This document shows, one piece after another, positions 1 through 9,977 of a stretch of 64,000 nucleotides of DNA. The notes under the pieces are model-generated. The model saw nothing but the letters and a program-made list of their open reading frames with translations. It searched no databases and was not told the DNA's origin. Each line of letters begins with the position of its first letter. Position 1 is the first letter of the stretch. The position numbers were made by a program, and so were the translations under genes. Source of the DNA: an uncultured Gammaproteobacteria bacterium (lineage in GTDB: Bacteria > Pseudomonadota > Gammaproteobacteria > UBA9214); contig CAVYZN010000009.1 of the NCBI GenBank assembly GCA_963773065.1, positions 128,001 to 192,000 of the forward strand, in the 5' to 3' direction.

Positions 1-300
1 AAGGACTTGACCATGAGCGATGTTCAGGCGTTGATAACCGGCCGCGGGGAAACCGGATACCCGACCACCGAGGCTTTCCTCGGGCAGGAAGCGCTTGCCG
101 GGCGTGAGCTGAATGTGTCGATTGCCGTCAAGAGTAATTACTTCCTGGTCCACACCGATGTGCTCGTGGGCGAGAGCCAGGCACACCTTGAGAGTCTGCT
201 GGCGCGTGATAAAGGCAAGACCCGGATTCTGTATCGTCTCAGGACGCCGATCCGGGTTGAGCAGGCGCCGCAGGGCGATTCGCCCGGTATGCACGAATGA
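1..300 (+). CDS. gspK: T2SS minor pseudopilin GspK, C-terminal part (5' truncated by window)
   Basis: C-terminal 'IAVKSNYFLVHTDV…LESLLAR' pattern typical of GspK; directly upstream of gspL-M-N. Confidence 0.8.
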   Translation, partial: KDLTMSDVQALITGRGETGYPTTEAFLGQEALAGRELNVSIAVKSNYFLVHTDVLVGESQAHLESLLARDKGKTRILYRLRTPIRVEQAPQGDSPGMHE

Positions 301-358
301 TTGATCCGGAAGTGTTTTTTGGTAGGATGGGAGACCTTGTGGAAAGGGGGCACCGGTA

Positions 359-1576
359 ATGCGTAATACTCTGTTGATACGCGTTGGCCAGGATTGGGGC
401 GGGAGCTGTGAATGGTTGCCATTGGACGTTACCGGTCAGCCGGTCGGGCGGGTACGCCGCGGTGACCTGGCCGCTGCCGCCGGTGAAGCAAACGGCCTGC
501 GTGTGGTTGTGCTGATCCCCAGCATCGACTGTCTGCTGACACAAGCGACCATCCCGGGGCGTAACCGGCAGAAACTGCTCCGCGCCGTACCCTACGCACT
601 GGAAGAGCAACTGATAGAGGACGTCGAGAACCTGCATTTTTCCCTGGGTACCGCGCTGCCGGGGGGAGGATACCCGGTTGCCGTCATCGCCAACCGGCGC
701 ATGGATGCCATCCTGGATGCCTGCCGGAGCGCCGGTCTGGATGTGAATCAACTCATTCCCGACCTGTTGGCGGTGCCGTGCGCCGGCGACGCGATCTGCG
801 TGGTGATCGACGGGGATGTGGCTCTGGTGCGCACCGGAGCGTATTCGGGCTTCGCGGTGGATACGGAAAACCTCGGACTGATACTCACCGGCCTGCCGCA
901 ACCGGAGGATGCGCCGGGGCGACCCGTGTCTGTGCAGGTGCCCACCGGCCATGTGCTGCCGGATCTCGGCGGGGTTGCGGCGGAGGCGGACATCAAGCAC
1001 TACGAAGGCTCCGTGCTCACGCTGCTGGCGCAGGGGTTGAGCGGTCCCCTGATCGACCTGCTGCAGGGCGTCTACAGCCGCACCCAGGAGTGGGGCAAGA
1101 TCTGGCGGCTGTGGCGCGCGAGCGCCGCGTTACTGCTGGCGGGGATACTGCTCAGCAACATCGTCACGGGCGTCGACTATTTCCGGCTCAGCCGTGTACA
1201 GGATGAGCTGAATACCCGCATGGAGAGCGTCTTGATGGAGGCCTTTCCCGGGACCAAGCGGGTTGTCGATCCCCGTGTCCAGATGCAGCAGCAACTCGAA
1301 CAGTTGCAGCGCCGGGCGGGCGCCGGCGCCCGGTTCCTGTCCCTGCTGGCGCGCTCCGGCGATGTGCTGCGCGCGGCGAAGGATATCGAGATTTCCGGGG
1401 CCAGTTACCGTGCCGGCCGGCTTGACGTGGATCTGACCGCCGCCAATCTGCAGGTTCTGGATGAATTGAAACAGTCCTTGTCCGCGCGCGGTCTCACGGT
1501 CGAGATCCAGTCCGCCGCGGCGGATGCCGGGCAGCGCGTGAAAAGCCGTATGCGGATTGAGGGGAATGAAGCATGA
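359..1576 (+). CDS. gspL: T2SS inner-membrane protein GspL
   Basis: 'AVPYALEEQLIEDVENLHF' motif, actin-like cytoplasmic domain, single TM, periplasmic 'DPRVQM' region. Confidence 0.92.
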   Translation: MRNTLLIRVGQDWGGSCEWLPLDVTGQPVGRVRRGDLAAAAGEANGLRVVVLIPSIDCLLTQATIPGRNRQKLLRAVPYALEEQLIEDVENLHFSLGTALPGGGYPVAVIANRRMDAILDACRSAGLDVNQLIPDLLAVPCAGDAICVVIDGDVALVRTGAYSGFAVDTENLGLILTGLPQPEDAPGRPVSVQVPTGHVLPDLGGVAAEADIKHYEGSVLTLLAQGLSGPLIDLLQGVYSRTQEWGKIWRLWRASAALLLAGILLSNIVTGVDYFRLSRVQDELNTRMESVLMEAFPGTKRVVDPRVQMQQQLEQLQRRAGAGARFLSLLARSGDVLRAAKDIEISGASYRAGRLDVDLTAANLQVLDELKQSLSARGLTVEIQSAAADAGQRVKSRMRIEGNEA

Positions 1577-2064
1577 AGGGATGGCTGGCTGGTCTCGATG
1601 CGCAGCAACGCCTGCTGGTCTATGGTGTCGCCGCTTTGCTTGCCGTGCTACTGCTGTATGCCGTGCTGGTGCATCCGTTTCATGTCAGGTATGACGAGCT
1701 CAGGGATGGCGTGGAAGAACGGCGCGCAACCCTGCAGTGGATGCAGGAAAGCGCTCTCAAGGTCAAGCAACTGAAAGGGGCGAATCCTGCCGCCGGCAAG
1801 GGCATGGAAGGACGTTCACTGCTTTCGGTTACCGATGATTCGGCGCGCTCGGCCGGTCTGGGAGCCGCGCTGAAACGGGTGGAGCCGGATGGCAGCACCG
1901 GCGTGCGCGTCTGGCTGGAGGATGCGTCATTTGATTCCGTTGCCGGCTGGCTGAGTGTGATGGATACACATTACGGTGTCGATGTGGACAGCGCCACCCT
2001 GGAACGCGCCGCTACGACAGGGCGGATTAACGCGCGACTGAGTCTGCAGGCCTCAAAGCCTTGA
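1573..2064 (+). CDS. gspM: T2SS protein GspM
   Basis: N-terminal TM, 'LQWMQ', 'VRVWLEDASFD…WL' ferredoxin-like domain; overlaps gspL stop. Confidence 0.9.
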   Translation: MKGWLAGLDAQQRLLVYGVAALLAVLLLYAVLVHPFHVRYDELRDGVEERRATLQWMQESALKVKQLKGANPAAGKGMEGRSLLSVTDDSARSAGLGAALKRVEPDGSTGVRVWLEDASFDSVAGWLSVMDTHYGVDVDSATLERAATTGRINARLSLQASKP

Positions 2065-2807
2065 AGGCTTACTGGCGTCTTGCGGCGGCAGGGGCCATTG
2101 CCTACCTGTTGATCCTCCTCGTCACCTTCCCGGCGGAGCACGCGGGAAAATTGCTGGAGCAGAGCGTCGACGGCCTGGATCTGCAGTCCGTGAGCGGGAC
2201 GGTGTTTTCCGGGAAGGCGCAACGGTTGGTGATCAAGGGTCTGGGTCTGGGCCCCGTCAACTGGTCTCTGCGTCCTGTCACGCTGCTGCTGGGACGGCTG
2301 GAATACCATGTTACCCTCACCGACCCGGCATTCCAGGGTGAGGGTATCGCCGGCATGGGCCTGGGCGGACATGTTTATCTCGACGGGCTGAGGGCGGTGT
2401 TGCTGCCCGATCAACTGGTTAATCATTTCTCACCCCTGCCGGTACAATCGTCCGGGGGCGTGACCTTGCTGATCGAGTCGATGAAGATCGTTGACGGTTT
2501 TCCGCGGGAATTCTCGGGTAGAATGGACTGGGCCGATGCGCATATCATCGAGCCGGTGGAGTTGTCGCTGGGTCACGTCGAGGCAACGTTGCACAGCGAG
2601 GCGGATACCCTGGTCGGCCGCGTGAGCGGTTCCGGCGACACCGCGTTAACGGGCGATTTCTCGTTGACGCCGGCGGGCGATTACCGGCTTAACCTGCTGT
2701 TGACGCCGGGACCGGCGGTCTCACCGGATATCGTCGATGGACTGAAGACCTACGGACAAGCCCGGCCGGGCGGGGCCTACCTGATTACCGATTCCGGCCG
2801 GTTCTGA
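2061..2807 (+). CDS. gspN: T2SS protein GspN
   Basis: 'TFPA…SGTVFSGKA…W-LRP--LLLGRL' GspN signature; operon position. Confidence 0.9.
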   Translation: MKAYWRLAAAGAIAYLLILLVTFPAEHAGKLLEQSVDGLDLQSVSGTVFSGKAQRLVIKGLGLGPVNWSLRPVTLLLGRLEYHVTLTDPAFQGEGIAGMGLGGHVYLDGLRAVLLPDQLVNHFSPLPVQSSGGVTLLIESMKIVDGFPREFSGRMDWADAHIIEPVELSLGHVEATLHSEADTLVGRVSGSGDTALTGDFSLTPAGDYRLNLLLTPGPAVSPDIVDGLKTYGQARPGGAYLITDSGRF

Positions 2808-3008
2808 CGCCCGGTAAAATTGCTCGGCTTCCTTGGGCGTAGTCACAGACCGGCGTCGCGAAAAGTTGCTATTATTGCGTTGGCCCGCTAACCGGGTGTT
2901 TCAATATCAACTGCTACGCGAGCGCCCGATTAGTCGCCGGGCACAAGTAAGCTCATTCCCGCGATAACTTCGTTTCGAATTTTCCGGGCGCCCGATAAAA
3001 TTTTCGCG

Positions 3009-4541
3009 ATGGAACCCCTGACCCTCACCACACCCGAACAGCATGACTATAACGATCCGACGGTGGAGCGGGATGCAGAACGACTGCGTGCCTGGTTGTC
3101 CAACCTGCCCATTATGGATGTGGTTCAGGCCCTGCGTCTGGTGCAGGGTGCGCTGGACTCACTGAATGAACAGAAACTGGAGCCTGAAAAACGTTATCAG
3201 TTGCTGGATATGTTCCGGCACACGACCGAGCGGCTGTATGTCACGGTCGATCCGCTGCGTATTCGGCAGCTCAGCCTGACCAAATCGCAACGGGAACAGG
3301 CCACCAGGGGTGTTGAACGGTTATCGCTGGCCATGGCCGGTGGCTACAAGATCATCGTCAAGGCACTTTACGAAGCCGCCGCGCAACGGCCGCCCGGTAA
3401 TCTGTTCGGACTGGCAATCAATCGCGCCATTGAACAACTGGGCTCGATATTGTTCGACGGCTATCGTTTCTACCGCGCCGCGCAGGAATCCCTGTTTGCC
3501 GAACTGCACCAGCTCTATCGACTGGCGCGGTATTTCGGTCTGCTTGCGATTTCCGCCGCCAATGAAGGCTCCGAGCGGCAGCTCGGTATTGCTGAGAGCT
3601 ACCACGCCATCATGCTGCTTACGTTGACCGACCCGTTCCGGCTGGCAGAAGGGGAGGCGGGCCTGCTCTATGATGTCCTGAAACAGCATGCCGGGCAGTG
3701 TCGCGTCATCCCGGGCAGTCACTGGTCAGTCGTCCCTGATGGCCTGTACCTGCTGGATCTTAAAAGTGATACCCCGCCTGAACGTTGTACACAACTGGGG
3801 CAGCAGGTGGCAGTTGCGCGGGAACCTTATCTGCTGGATGCGCGTGAGGCGCTGCATGCCATCCGCGAGCGCCTGGAGCTCACGCCGGTCAAGGTGCGAG
3901 GGCAAAGCCCCGAAGCCATGCTCCTGCGGCGGTTGCTGCCGGAGGAGTCGATTACGCAGCGCAGGGAATCGCGCCACCCCGACAACCGCGGCACGCACCT
4001 GGTTGCGGGGCTGGATGCCATACACACCTATTTGCTGCACGTGCCCCTGGGGGGCGTGGCGGCTGCCGAGAGTGCGATCAACAACGTGCCGGTCAAGCCA
4101 TCGCCCTGCCGTATCGTCGATAGCAGTGAACACGGCATGCGTCTGGCCTGGGATGAGGGCATCGCCGGTGATGCACGCGTGGGTGACCTGTTGGGCATCG
4201 TCGACGATGGTCAGTCTCTGCAACTGGCCATTGCCCGCTCGGTGCAGATTCACCCGATGGGGGGTATGGAAATCGGCGTCGAGATAATGCGCGGCAACTG
4301 CGGTCCGGTCTACTGCCACGCGCAAGCGGACGATGAGGCGAAGCCGATCCGCGCGCTGTTCATGCTGTCCAGCGGGGAAGATGACTTCGCGGCCACCCTG
4401 GTAATGGCCAAGGGGTACTATGAACCGGGCAGGCGCCTGCTGATCGATAGTTCCGGCAGAGAGGTGCGAGTTCGTGCCGGACACAATGTTTCCGACAGCC
4501 CGATGTTTGATCGTTTCGAGTTCGCCGCGGATGATTCGTGA
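3009..4541 (+). CDS. FimW-like protein with C-terminal PilZ-type c-di-GMP-binding motifs
   Basis: 510 aa; helical N-terminus, RxxxR (RRESR) and DxSxxG (DSSEHG) motifs. Confidence 0.6.
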   Translation: MEPLTLTTPEQHDYNDPTVERDAERLRAWLSNLPIMDVVQALRLVQGALDSLNEQKLEPEKRYQLLDMFRHTTERLYVTVDPLRIRQLSLTKSQREQATRGVERLSLAMAGGYKIIVKALYEAAAQRPPGNLFGLAINRAIEQLGSILFDGYRFYRAAQESLFAELHQLYRLARYFGLLAISAANEGSERQLGIAESYHAIMLLTLTDPFRLAEGEAGLLYDVLKQHAGQCRVIPGSHWSVVPDGLYLLDLKSDTPPERCTQLGQQVAVAREPYLLDAREALHAIRERLELTPVKVRGQSPEAMLLRRLLPEESITQRRESRHPDNRGTHLVAGLDAIHTYLLHVPLGGVAAAESAINNVPVKPSPCRIVDSSEHGMRLAWDEGIAGDARVGDLLGIVDDGQSLQLAIARSVQIHPMGGMEIGVEIMRGNCGPVYCHAQADDEAKPIRALFMLSSGEDDFAATLVMAKGYYEPGRRLLIDSSGREVRVRAGHNVSDSPMFDRFEFAADDS

Positions 4542-4548
4542 GACGTTA

Positions 4549-4797
4549 AACGTGAGAAGTAAGAAGTGAGAAGTAAGAAGTGAGACGGAATTCAATGGCC
4601 ACGGGTCGCTCCCGGCTTCCTCGGCAATTGCTCCTGCATTGCCCTATCTCCTCGGTAACTGCTCCATGCGTTACCCTACCTCCTACATCCCTGTAGTCGT
4701 GCATCCCTGCAGTCGTCGGCAATTGCTCCTGCATTGCCATAATTTCTCGGTCCCTGCGTTTCCTTCTCACGCTTCACATCTCACTTTTTGAATTCCG
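4549..4797 (+). repeat. Intergenic composite element: (GTGAGAA/GTAAGAA)n + ATGGCCACGG arm + nested hairpins
   Basis: Heptamer array after stop codon; 4596-4720 is a near-exact reverse complement of parts of 50350-50494. Confidence 0.85.
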
Positions 4798-4818
4798 GTA
4801 GGGTGCGCCGTGCGCACC
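4798..4818 (+). repeat. GTAG-type REP (GTAGGGTGCGCCRTGCGCACC)
   Basis: Same 21-mer at 5368, 5409(rc), 8551, 8656(rc), 40634(rc), 42489, 59834(rc). Confidence 0.85.
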
Positions 4819-4930
4819 GCTGCCTGGCCGTGTTTAAAGACAGAATAAGGTTGCCGTGTTAGGCTAATGTCCCACGTACACCGCTTGACCGGAACGCCGG
4901 CTGTTCTTGTTGACCGAAAGTGTTGACGCC

Positions 4931-5347
4931 ATGGAAAAGAAAATACCCATTGATATCAAGATCACCCCGGAGAACAAATGTGGCTTCTGCACGAATTCGA
5001 AGTGCTGCACTTATATCACCGAGCAACTGACCACGCCGCGATCGATGCATGACTTCGATCACCTGTTGTGGCAGTTGTCACATAAGGACGTGCAGGCCTA
5101 CAAGGATGAGGACGGCTGGTATCTGCTGGTGAACAATCCCTGCACGCATCTGCTGCCGGATGGGCGTTGCGGCATCTACGACGACCGCCCGCGCATCTGC
5201 CGTGAATATACCAATGATTATTGCGAATATGATGAACCGGCCGAAAACGGTTTTGCTTTGTTTTTCGACGGCTACGACTCCCTGCTCCGGTATGTCCGCA
5301 AACGCTTCAAATCCTGGGACAAGTACGCGGCGAGCCGCGATAGCTAA
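4931..5347 (+). CDS. YkgJ-family cysteine-cluster (Fe-S/Zn) protein
   Basis: CxxCxxxxCC N-terminal motif and 'C-HL-PDGRCGIY--RP-ICR-Y' motif. Confidence 0.85.
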   Translation: MEKKIPIDIKITPENKCGFCTNSKCCTYITEQLTTPRSMHDFDHLLWQLSHKDVQAYKDEDGWYLLVNNPCTHLLPDGRCGIYDDRPRICREYTNDYCEYDEPAENGFALFFDGYDSLLRYVRKRFKSWDKYAASRDS

Positions 5348-5367
5348 CCGTTTCCCGGAATAGAACC

Positions 5368-5429
5368 GTAGGGTGCGCCATGCGCACCGATATATTCCGA
5401 TTGATCACGGTGCGTATGGCGCACCCTAC
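5368..5429. repeat. Inverted REP pair between convergent genes
   Basis: GTAGGGTGCGCCATGCGCACC (5368-5388) and GGTGCGTATGGCGCACCCTAC (5409-5429). Confidence 0.85.
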
Positions 5430-6094
5430 TGACGCGGGTTGTGCGCCGGCATGATTTCCTCGAAGCTGTCGATTGCGGGGAATTCATCGATTTCCCGGGG
5501 CGGCGACCGGCTGTCCGGACGGCGCACCGCCAGCAGGTGACGGATGCCATAAATGCGCGCCGTGCGCAGCACCGGCAGGCTGTCATCGACAAACAGGGTC
5601 GATTCCGGATCGAAGGGTTCGCACTGGCCCAGCCGTGCCCAGAAGCGCAAATCCTCTTTCGGGTAACCGAAGTCGTGCGCGCAGATGAGCGCGTCAAAGT
5701 GATCGTTAAGGCCGGTGCGCGCCATCTTCAGCGCCAGGCTCTTGGAATGCGCGTTCGTGACCAGCACGGTGCGTTTGCCGGCAGCGCGCATGGAATCGAG
5801 AAATTCGATGACGTGGCCGTGCACCGCGATCAGATGGTCGATTTCCTCCTTGAGACCGGCGATGTCCAGGCCGAGCTCGCGGCTCCAGTATTCCACGCAG
5901 TACCATTCCATGGTGCCCTCCTTGTCGCGGAATTTGGCATACAGATGCGACTTCGCCGTTTCCAGATCAAGCCGGTTGGACTCGGCATAGCGCGCGGGCA
6001 CGAGTTCGCGCCAGAAGTGATTGTCGAAATGCAAATCGAGCAGGGTCCCGTCCATATCGAGAAACACCCTGTCGATTTCGTGCCATGGGACCAT
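5426..6094 (-). CDS. yrfG: GMP/IMP nucleotidase, HAD family
   Basis: 'W--ID-V-LDMDGTLLDLHFDNHFW' N-terminus; 'TLFVDDS--VL--A'. Confidence 0.9.
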   Translation of the reverse strand: MVPWHEIDRVFLDMDGTLLDLHFDNHFWRELVPARYAESNRLDLETAKSHLYAKFRDKEGTMEWYCVEYWSRELGLDIAGLKEEIDHLIAVHGHVIEFLDSMRAAGKRTVLVTNAHSKSLALKMARTGLNDHFDALICAHDFGYPKEDLRFWARLGQCEPFDPESTLFVDDSLPVLRTARIYGIRHLLAVRRPDSRSPPREIDEFPAIDSFEEIMPAHNPRQ

Positions 6095-6233
6095 AATCTG
6101 AGTAACATGGGTTGCCGGTGAGGCTATGTTAGCAGATATGTAGCTGACGGAATGTCGTGGGCGGCGGCACTGTTACCGCGACAGCGTGACGGTTATTATT
6201 CCCCGCATGTCAGGATCGAGATAAGGAAAGAGT

Positions 6234-7046
6234 ATGAATGCAAGCGAACACAGCGCCGCCCCGTCTTCACTGCTCGAACCCGTGGCCGGACTGGCGCGCG
6301 CGGCGGGTGAGAAGATACTCGCGATCTACGACAGTGATTTCGCCATCGAGGAAAAGGAAGACCGCTCGCCGCTCACCGAGGCGGACCTGGCCTCGCACCA
6401 TGCCATCGTCGCCGGCCTGAAGGAGCTGACACCCGGGGTACCGATACTGTCGGAAGAGTCATCCAGCCTGCCCTATGCCGAGCGTTCACTCTGGCAGCGC
6501 TACTGGCTGGTCGATCCGCTCGACGGCACCCGGGAGTTCATCAAGCGCAATGGGGAATTCACCGTCAATATCGCCCTGATCGAAGCGGGTGTCCCGGTGC
6601 TGGGCGTGGTGCATGTGCCGGTCAGCGGCGTGAGCTACCTCGCCTGCCGCGGCCGAGGCGCGTTAAAGCAGGAACCGGGGCGCAAACCCCGGCCCATCAA
6701 GGTGCGCAAGCTGGCGGATGGTCCGGTCATGGTCGTCGGCAGCCGATCACACCGCGGCGATTCACTCAATCGCTTTCTTGAGAATCTGGGTGAGCATGAA
6801 ATGGTCGGCATGGGCAGTTCCCTGAAACTGTGCCTGGTCGCGGAAGGGGCCGCCGACATCTACCCGCGCCTGGGACCGACCTCCGAGTGGGATACCGCCG
6901 CGGCGCAATGCGTGGTCGAACAGGCCGGCGGCCATGTCACCGACACGGACATGCAGCCGCTGCGCTACAACACCAAGGACTCCCTGTTGAATCCCTACTT
7001 CCTGGTGTTCGGAGACGACAGCCGCGACTGGTCGGTGTATCTGTAA
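6234..7046 (+). CDS. cysQ: 3'(2'),5'-bisphosphate nucleotidase CysQ
   Basis: '[11 protein letters not shown]', '[13 protein letters not shown]', '[28 protein letters not shown]'. Confidence 0.95.
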   Translation: [270 protein letters not shown]

Positions 7047-7082
7047 GTGCGTGATGGATCGCAGGGTAGCTACGCCAGGCGC

Positions 7083-7466
7083 TTATCCCGGATCCTGAAT
7101 GCGCGGCTTGATCACACGGGCGAACAACCATACACCCAGCATGCCACCCACCGCATCGGCCATGACGTCATAGATATCCGGTGTCCGGCCGGGTACAAAA
7201 TGCTGGTGAAATTCGTCCAGCACGCCGTAGCCAATCACCAGGCCAACGGCAAGCCAGAGCTGGAACACACGATAGCCCTCCACCGTGGTCTTCATGGCGC
7301 CCAGCGCGAAAAAACCGAGTATGCCGAAGACGATGGCATGGAAGAGCTTGTCCTTGCCGAAAAACAACGGCGGAACATCCACTCCGGGCAGGTGTGAAAG
7401 GTAGAAAATCACGGCTGCCCAGCCCAGGGCGCAGAGCAGGAACAGGTTACGCAAGTTATTTGGCAT
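7083..7466 (-). CDS. VanZ-family membrane protein
   Basis: 'DKLFHA--FG-L', 'DEFHQ-FVPGR----D--AD--G' motifs. Confidence 0.9.
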   Translation of the reverse strand: MPNNLRNLFLLCALGWAAVIFYLSHLPGVDVPPLFFGKDKLFHAIVFGILGFFALGAMKTTVEGYRVFQLWLAVGLVIGYGVLDEFHQHFVPGRTPDIYDVMADAVGGMLGVWLFARVIKPRIQDPG

Positions 7467-7540
7467 GGCGTTATCCGGATTTATCGCACGACCATAAGCA
7501 TATCGATCCGCGGGTGCATGTTACGCCTCGTGACTGCTCA

Positions 7541-8524
7541 TCACCGTGCTTCCTTACGGTGCCAGTCCCAGGCCGTGCGGATGATGTCATCGAGGCGTTC
7601 ATAGCGCGGTTTCCAGCCCAGTTCCGCGCGAATCCGGCCGGAGTCGGCGATGAGAATGGCCGGGTCGCCGGCGCGCCGCGCCGCGGCAAGGGCCGGGATC
7701 GGATGGCCGGTAATCTCCCGCGCGGTATCGATGACCTGCCGGACGGAATAGCCGGTGCTGTTGCCCAGATTGTAGGTCGTATTGCCTCCGTCCTCGAGCA
7801 GGGCTTCCAGCGCCAGCAGGTGCGCCTGAGTGAGGTCGGAGACATGAATATAGTCGCGCAGGCAGGTGCCGTCCGGGGTGGGATAATCCTCGCCGAATAT
7901 GCTGATGGCATCCCGCTCGCCCGTGGCCACCTGGAGCACCAGCGGAATCAGGTGGGTCTCGGGCCGGTGGCGTTCCCCGATGGCCCCGGCGGCATCCGCG
8001 CCCGCGGCATTGAAGTAACGCAGGATGCTGAAGCTCATGCCGGCGGCCGCGCCGACGTCGCTCAGCAGGCGTTCCACCGCGAGCTTGGTCGCGCCATACG
8101 GATTGGTCGGCGCGCAGGGATGCGCCTCGGTAATGGGAGTCCGCCGCGGTTCGCCATACACGGCGGCGGTGGAGGAAAAGATGAAGCGTCTGATGCCGTG
8201 CCGCTGCATCGTCTCGAGCAGGGTGATGGTGTCGGCGACGTTGTTGCGATAATACGCCAGCGGCTTCTCGACCGATTCCCCGACCAGAGACCAGGCGGCG
8301 AAATGCATGACCGCCGCGACCGGATACCGGAGGAAGACCGCGTCAAGATCGGCAGGATTTCCTAGATCACCTTGCACGAAGTCCCCGCCGGGCACCAGCT
8401 CGCGATGGCCGCGGGAAAGGTTGTCCAGTGTGATGACGGGATAACCGGCCCGCAGCAGGTCGAGCACCATGTGCGAACCGATATAACCGGCGCCGCCGAT
8501 GACCAGTATGGCGGGTTTGCTCAT
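7541..8524 (-). CDS. galE: UDP-glucose 4-epimerase
   Basis: GGAGYIGSH, 'FSSTAAVYG', YxxxK, 'LRYFNAAGA', 'DGTC-RDYIHV-DL'. Confidence 0.95.
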   Translation of the reverse strand: MSKPAILVIGGAGYIGSHMVLDLLRAGYPVITLDNLSRGHRELVPGGDFVQGDLGNPADLDAVFLRYPVAAVMHFAAWSLVGESVEKPLAYYRNNVADTITLLETMQRHGIRRFIFSSTAAVYGEPRRTPITEAHPCAPTNPYGATKLAVERLLSDVGAAAGMSFSILRYFNAAGADAAGAIGERHRPETHLIPLVLQVATGERDAISIFGEDYPTPDGTCLRDYIHVSDLTQAHLLALEALLEDGGNTTYNLGNSTGYSVRQVIDTAREITGHPIPALAAARRAGDPAILIADSGRIRAELGWKPRYERLDDIIRTAWDWHRKEAR

Positions 8525-8550
8525 GTCGGTCGTTCCTCAACCCGGCTGTG

Positions 8551-8676
8551 GTAGGGTGCGCCATGCGCACCACGTGCCGCGCACAGGGGTTTTCACGGTG
8601 CGCACGGCGCATGCCACGAAAAAGCCAAACACCTGGACGGTTCCGCAGCGACCATGGTGCGCACGGCGCACCCTAC
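8551..8676. repeat. Cluster of three GTAG-type REPs
   Basis: 8551-8571 forward, 8597-8617 degenerate rc, 8656-8676 rc. Confidence 0.8.
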
Positions 8677-8688
8677 TGGATAAAGCCG

Positions 8689-9957
8689 TCATGTGGGATC
8701 ACGAATCAATAACGCGGAAATCTGCTCCACCAGCAGGCGGCCGAATTCCGGATTACCCCGTCGCAGACTGAGCTTGGTAGCCATGGAGTCGTTTAACAGC
8801 ACCGGTTTGGGCCAGTGATCGAGCAGTTTGCCCAGCGTTGCGGGTAACGGTGTCGCATCCTCGCACCGGTCGATAAGAAGCACATCGTGTTCGGTCAATT
8901 CAAGGCCGCCGAGGAATTGTTCGTTCAATGGGCCGGCGCTGACGACATCGATCCCGTAACTCTCCAGCAGTCTGTTCAGGTACCCGAGCAGTTCCGGCTG
9001 GCCGGCAGCCAGCGCTAGGCGAGCCCTTTTTTTTTAGTGACATCATGGTCCGGTGGTAGGGCGGGTTGCGGATGGGTCTGTGGCGCCGGTTCCGCCCGTG
9101 TGCTGGCGCCGGGCGCCGCGGCGGGCCCGGCGGGATGAAAGGTTGGAAAGATCCCCCCCTGCTGTTTTTCACGGGCCACGTCGGTTACCAGGGCGCTGTC
9201 GATCCGCTCGCACTGCTCGGCATAGCCATAGACCAGCGCCGTATCGCAGAGGAGGTTGATGAGCCGGGGCACGCCATTGCTATAGCGATACACGGCCCGG
9301 CAGGCGGCCTCATCGAACAGGGAGGGGTTGCCGCCCGCGACATCCAGACGGTGACGGATGTAGTCAACGGTTTCCTCCTCCGACAGCGCTTCGAGATGAT
9401 AGTCCACCGCGATACGCTGGGCGAACTGGACCAGATCGGGGCGGCGCAGCGTGTCCCGCAGTTCACGCTGGCCCACCAGGATGACCTGCAGGGCCTGGTC
9501 CTTGTCGGCGTTGACGTTGGAGAGCATGCGCAGTTCTTCCAGCGTGTCGGCGGCCATGTTCTGGGCCTCGTCCACGATCAGCACCACGCGCCGGTTGTGA
9601 GCGTATTCATCGATGATGAAATCGATGAAGCGCCGGTACATCTCGACCTTGCCCAGATTGGCGTGTTCGAGGTTGTAGGCCAGCAGAATCCACTGCAGCA
9701 GTTCGCCAAAGGAACGGTGGGTATTGGTAGATGAGACCCACGGTGTGTTCCCGGTCCATGTGGCCGAGCAGGTGGCGGATCAGCGTGGTCTTGCCGGTGC
9801 CGATATCCCCGCTGATGACCGTAAAGCCGGCCTGGTTTATCAGTCCGTACTCAAGCAGGGTGAGCGCCATGCGGTGCTTGTTGCTCAGAAAGAGAAAACC
9901 CGGATCCGGCAGCAGCGTGAAAGGCTTTTCCCTCAGCTTGTAGAACGACTCGTACAT
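8689..9957 (-). CDS. ExeA/XrtA-system-type AAA ATPase (frameshifted at ~9720; possible C-terminal extension past A9 tract at 9027-9035)
   Basis: 'FYKLREKPFTLLPDPGFLF', Walker A GDIGTGKTT, Walker B 'LIVDEAQNM', 'GVPRLIN-LCD-ALVYGY'; split over ORFs 9607-9957, 9015-9641 and 8689-8928. Confidence 0.8.
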
Positions 9958-9977
9958 GGCGTTGGTAATTGTCTCGC

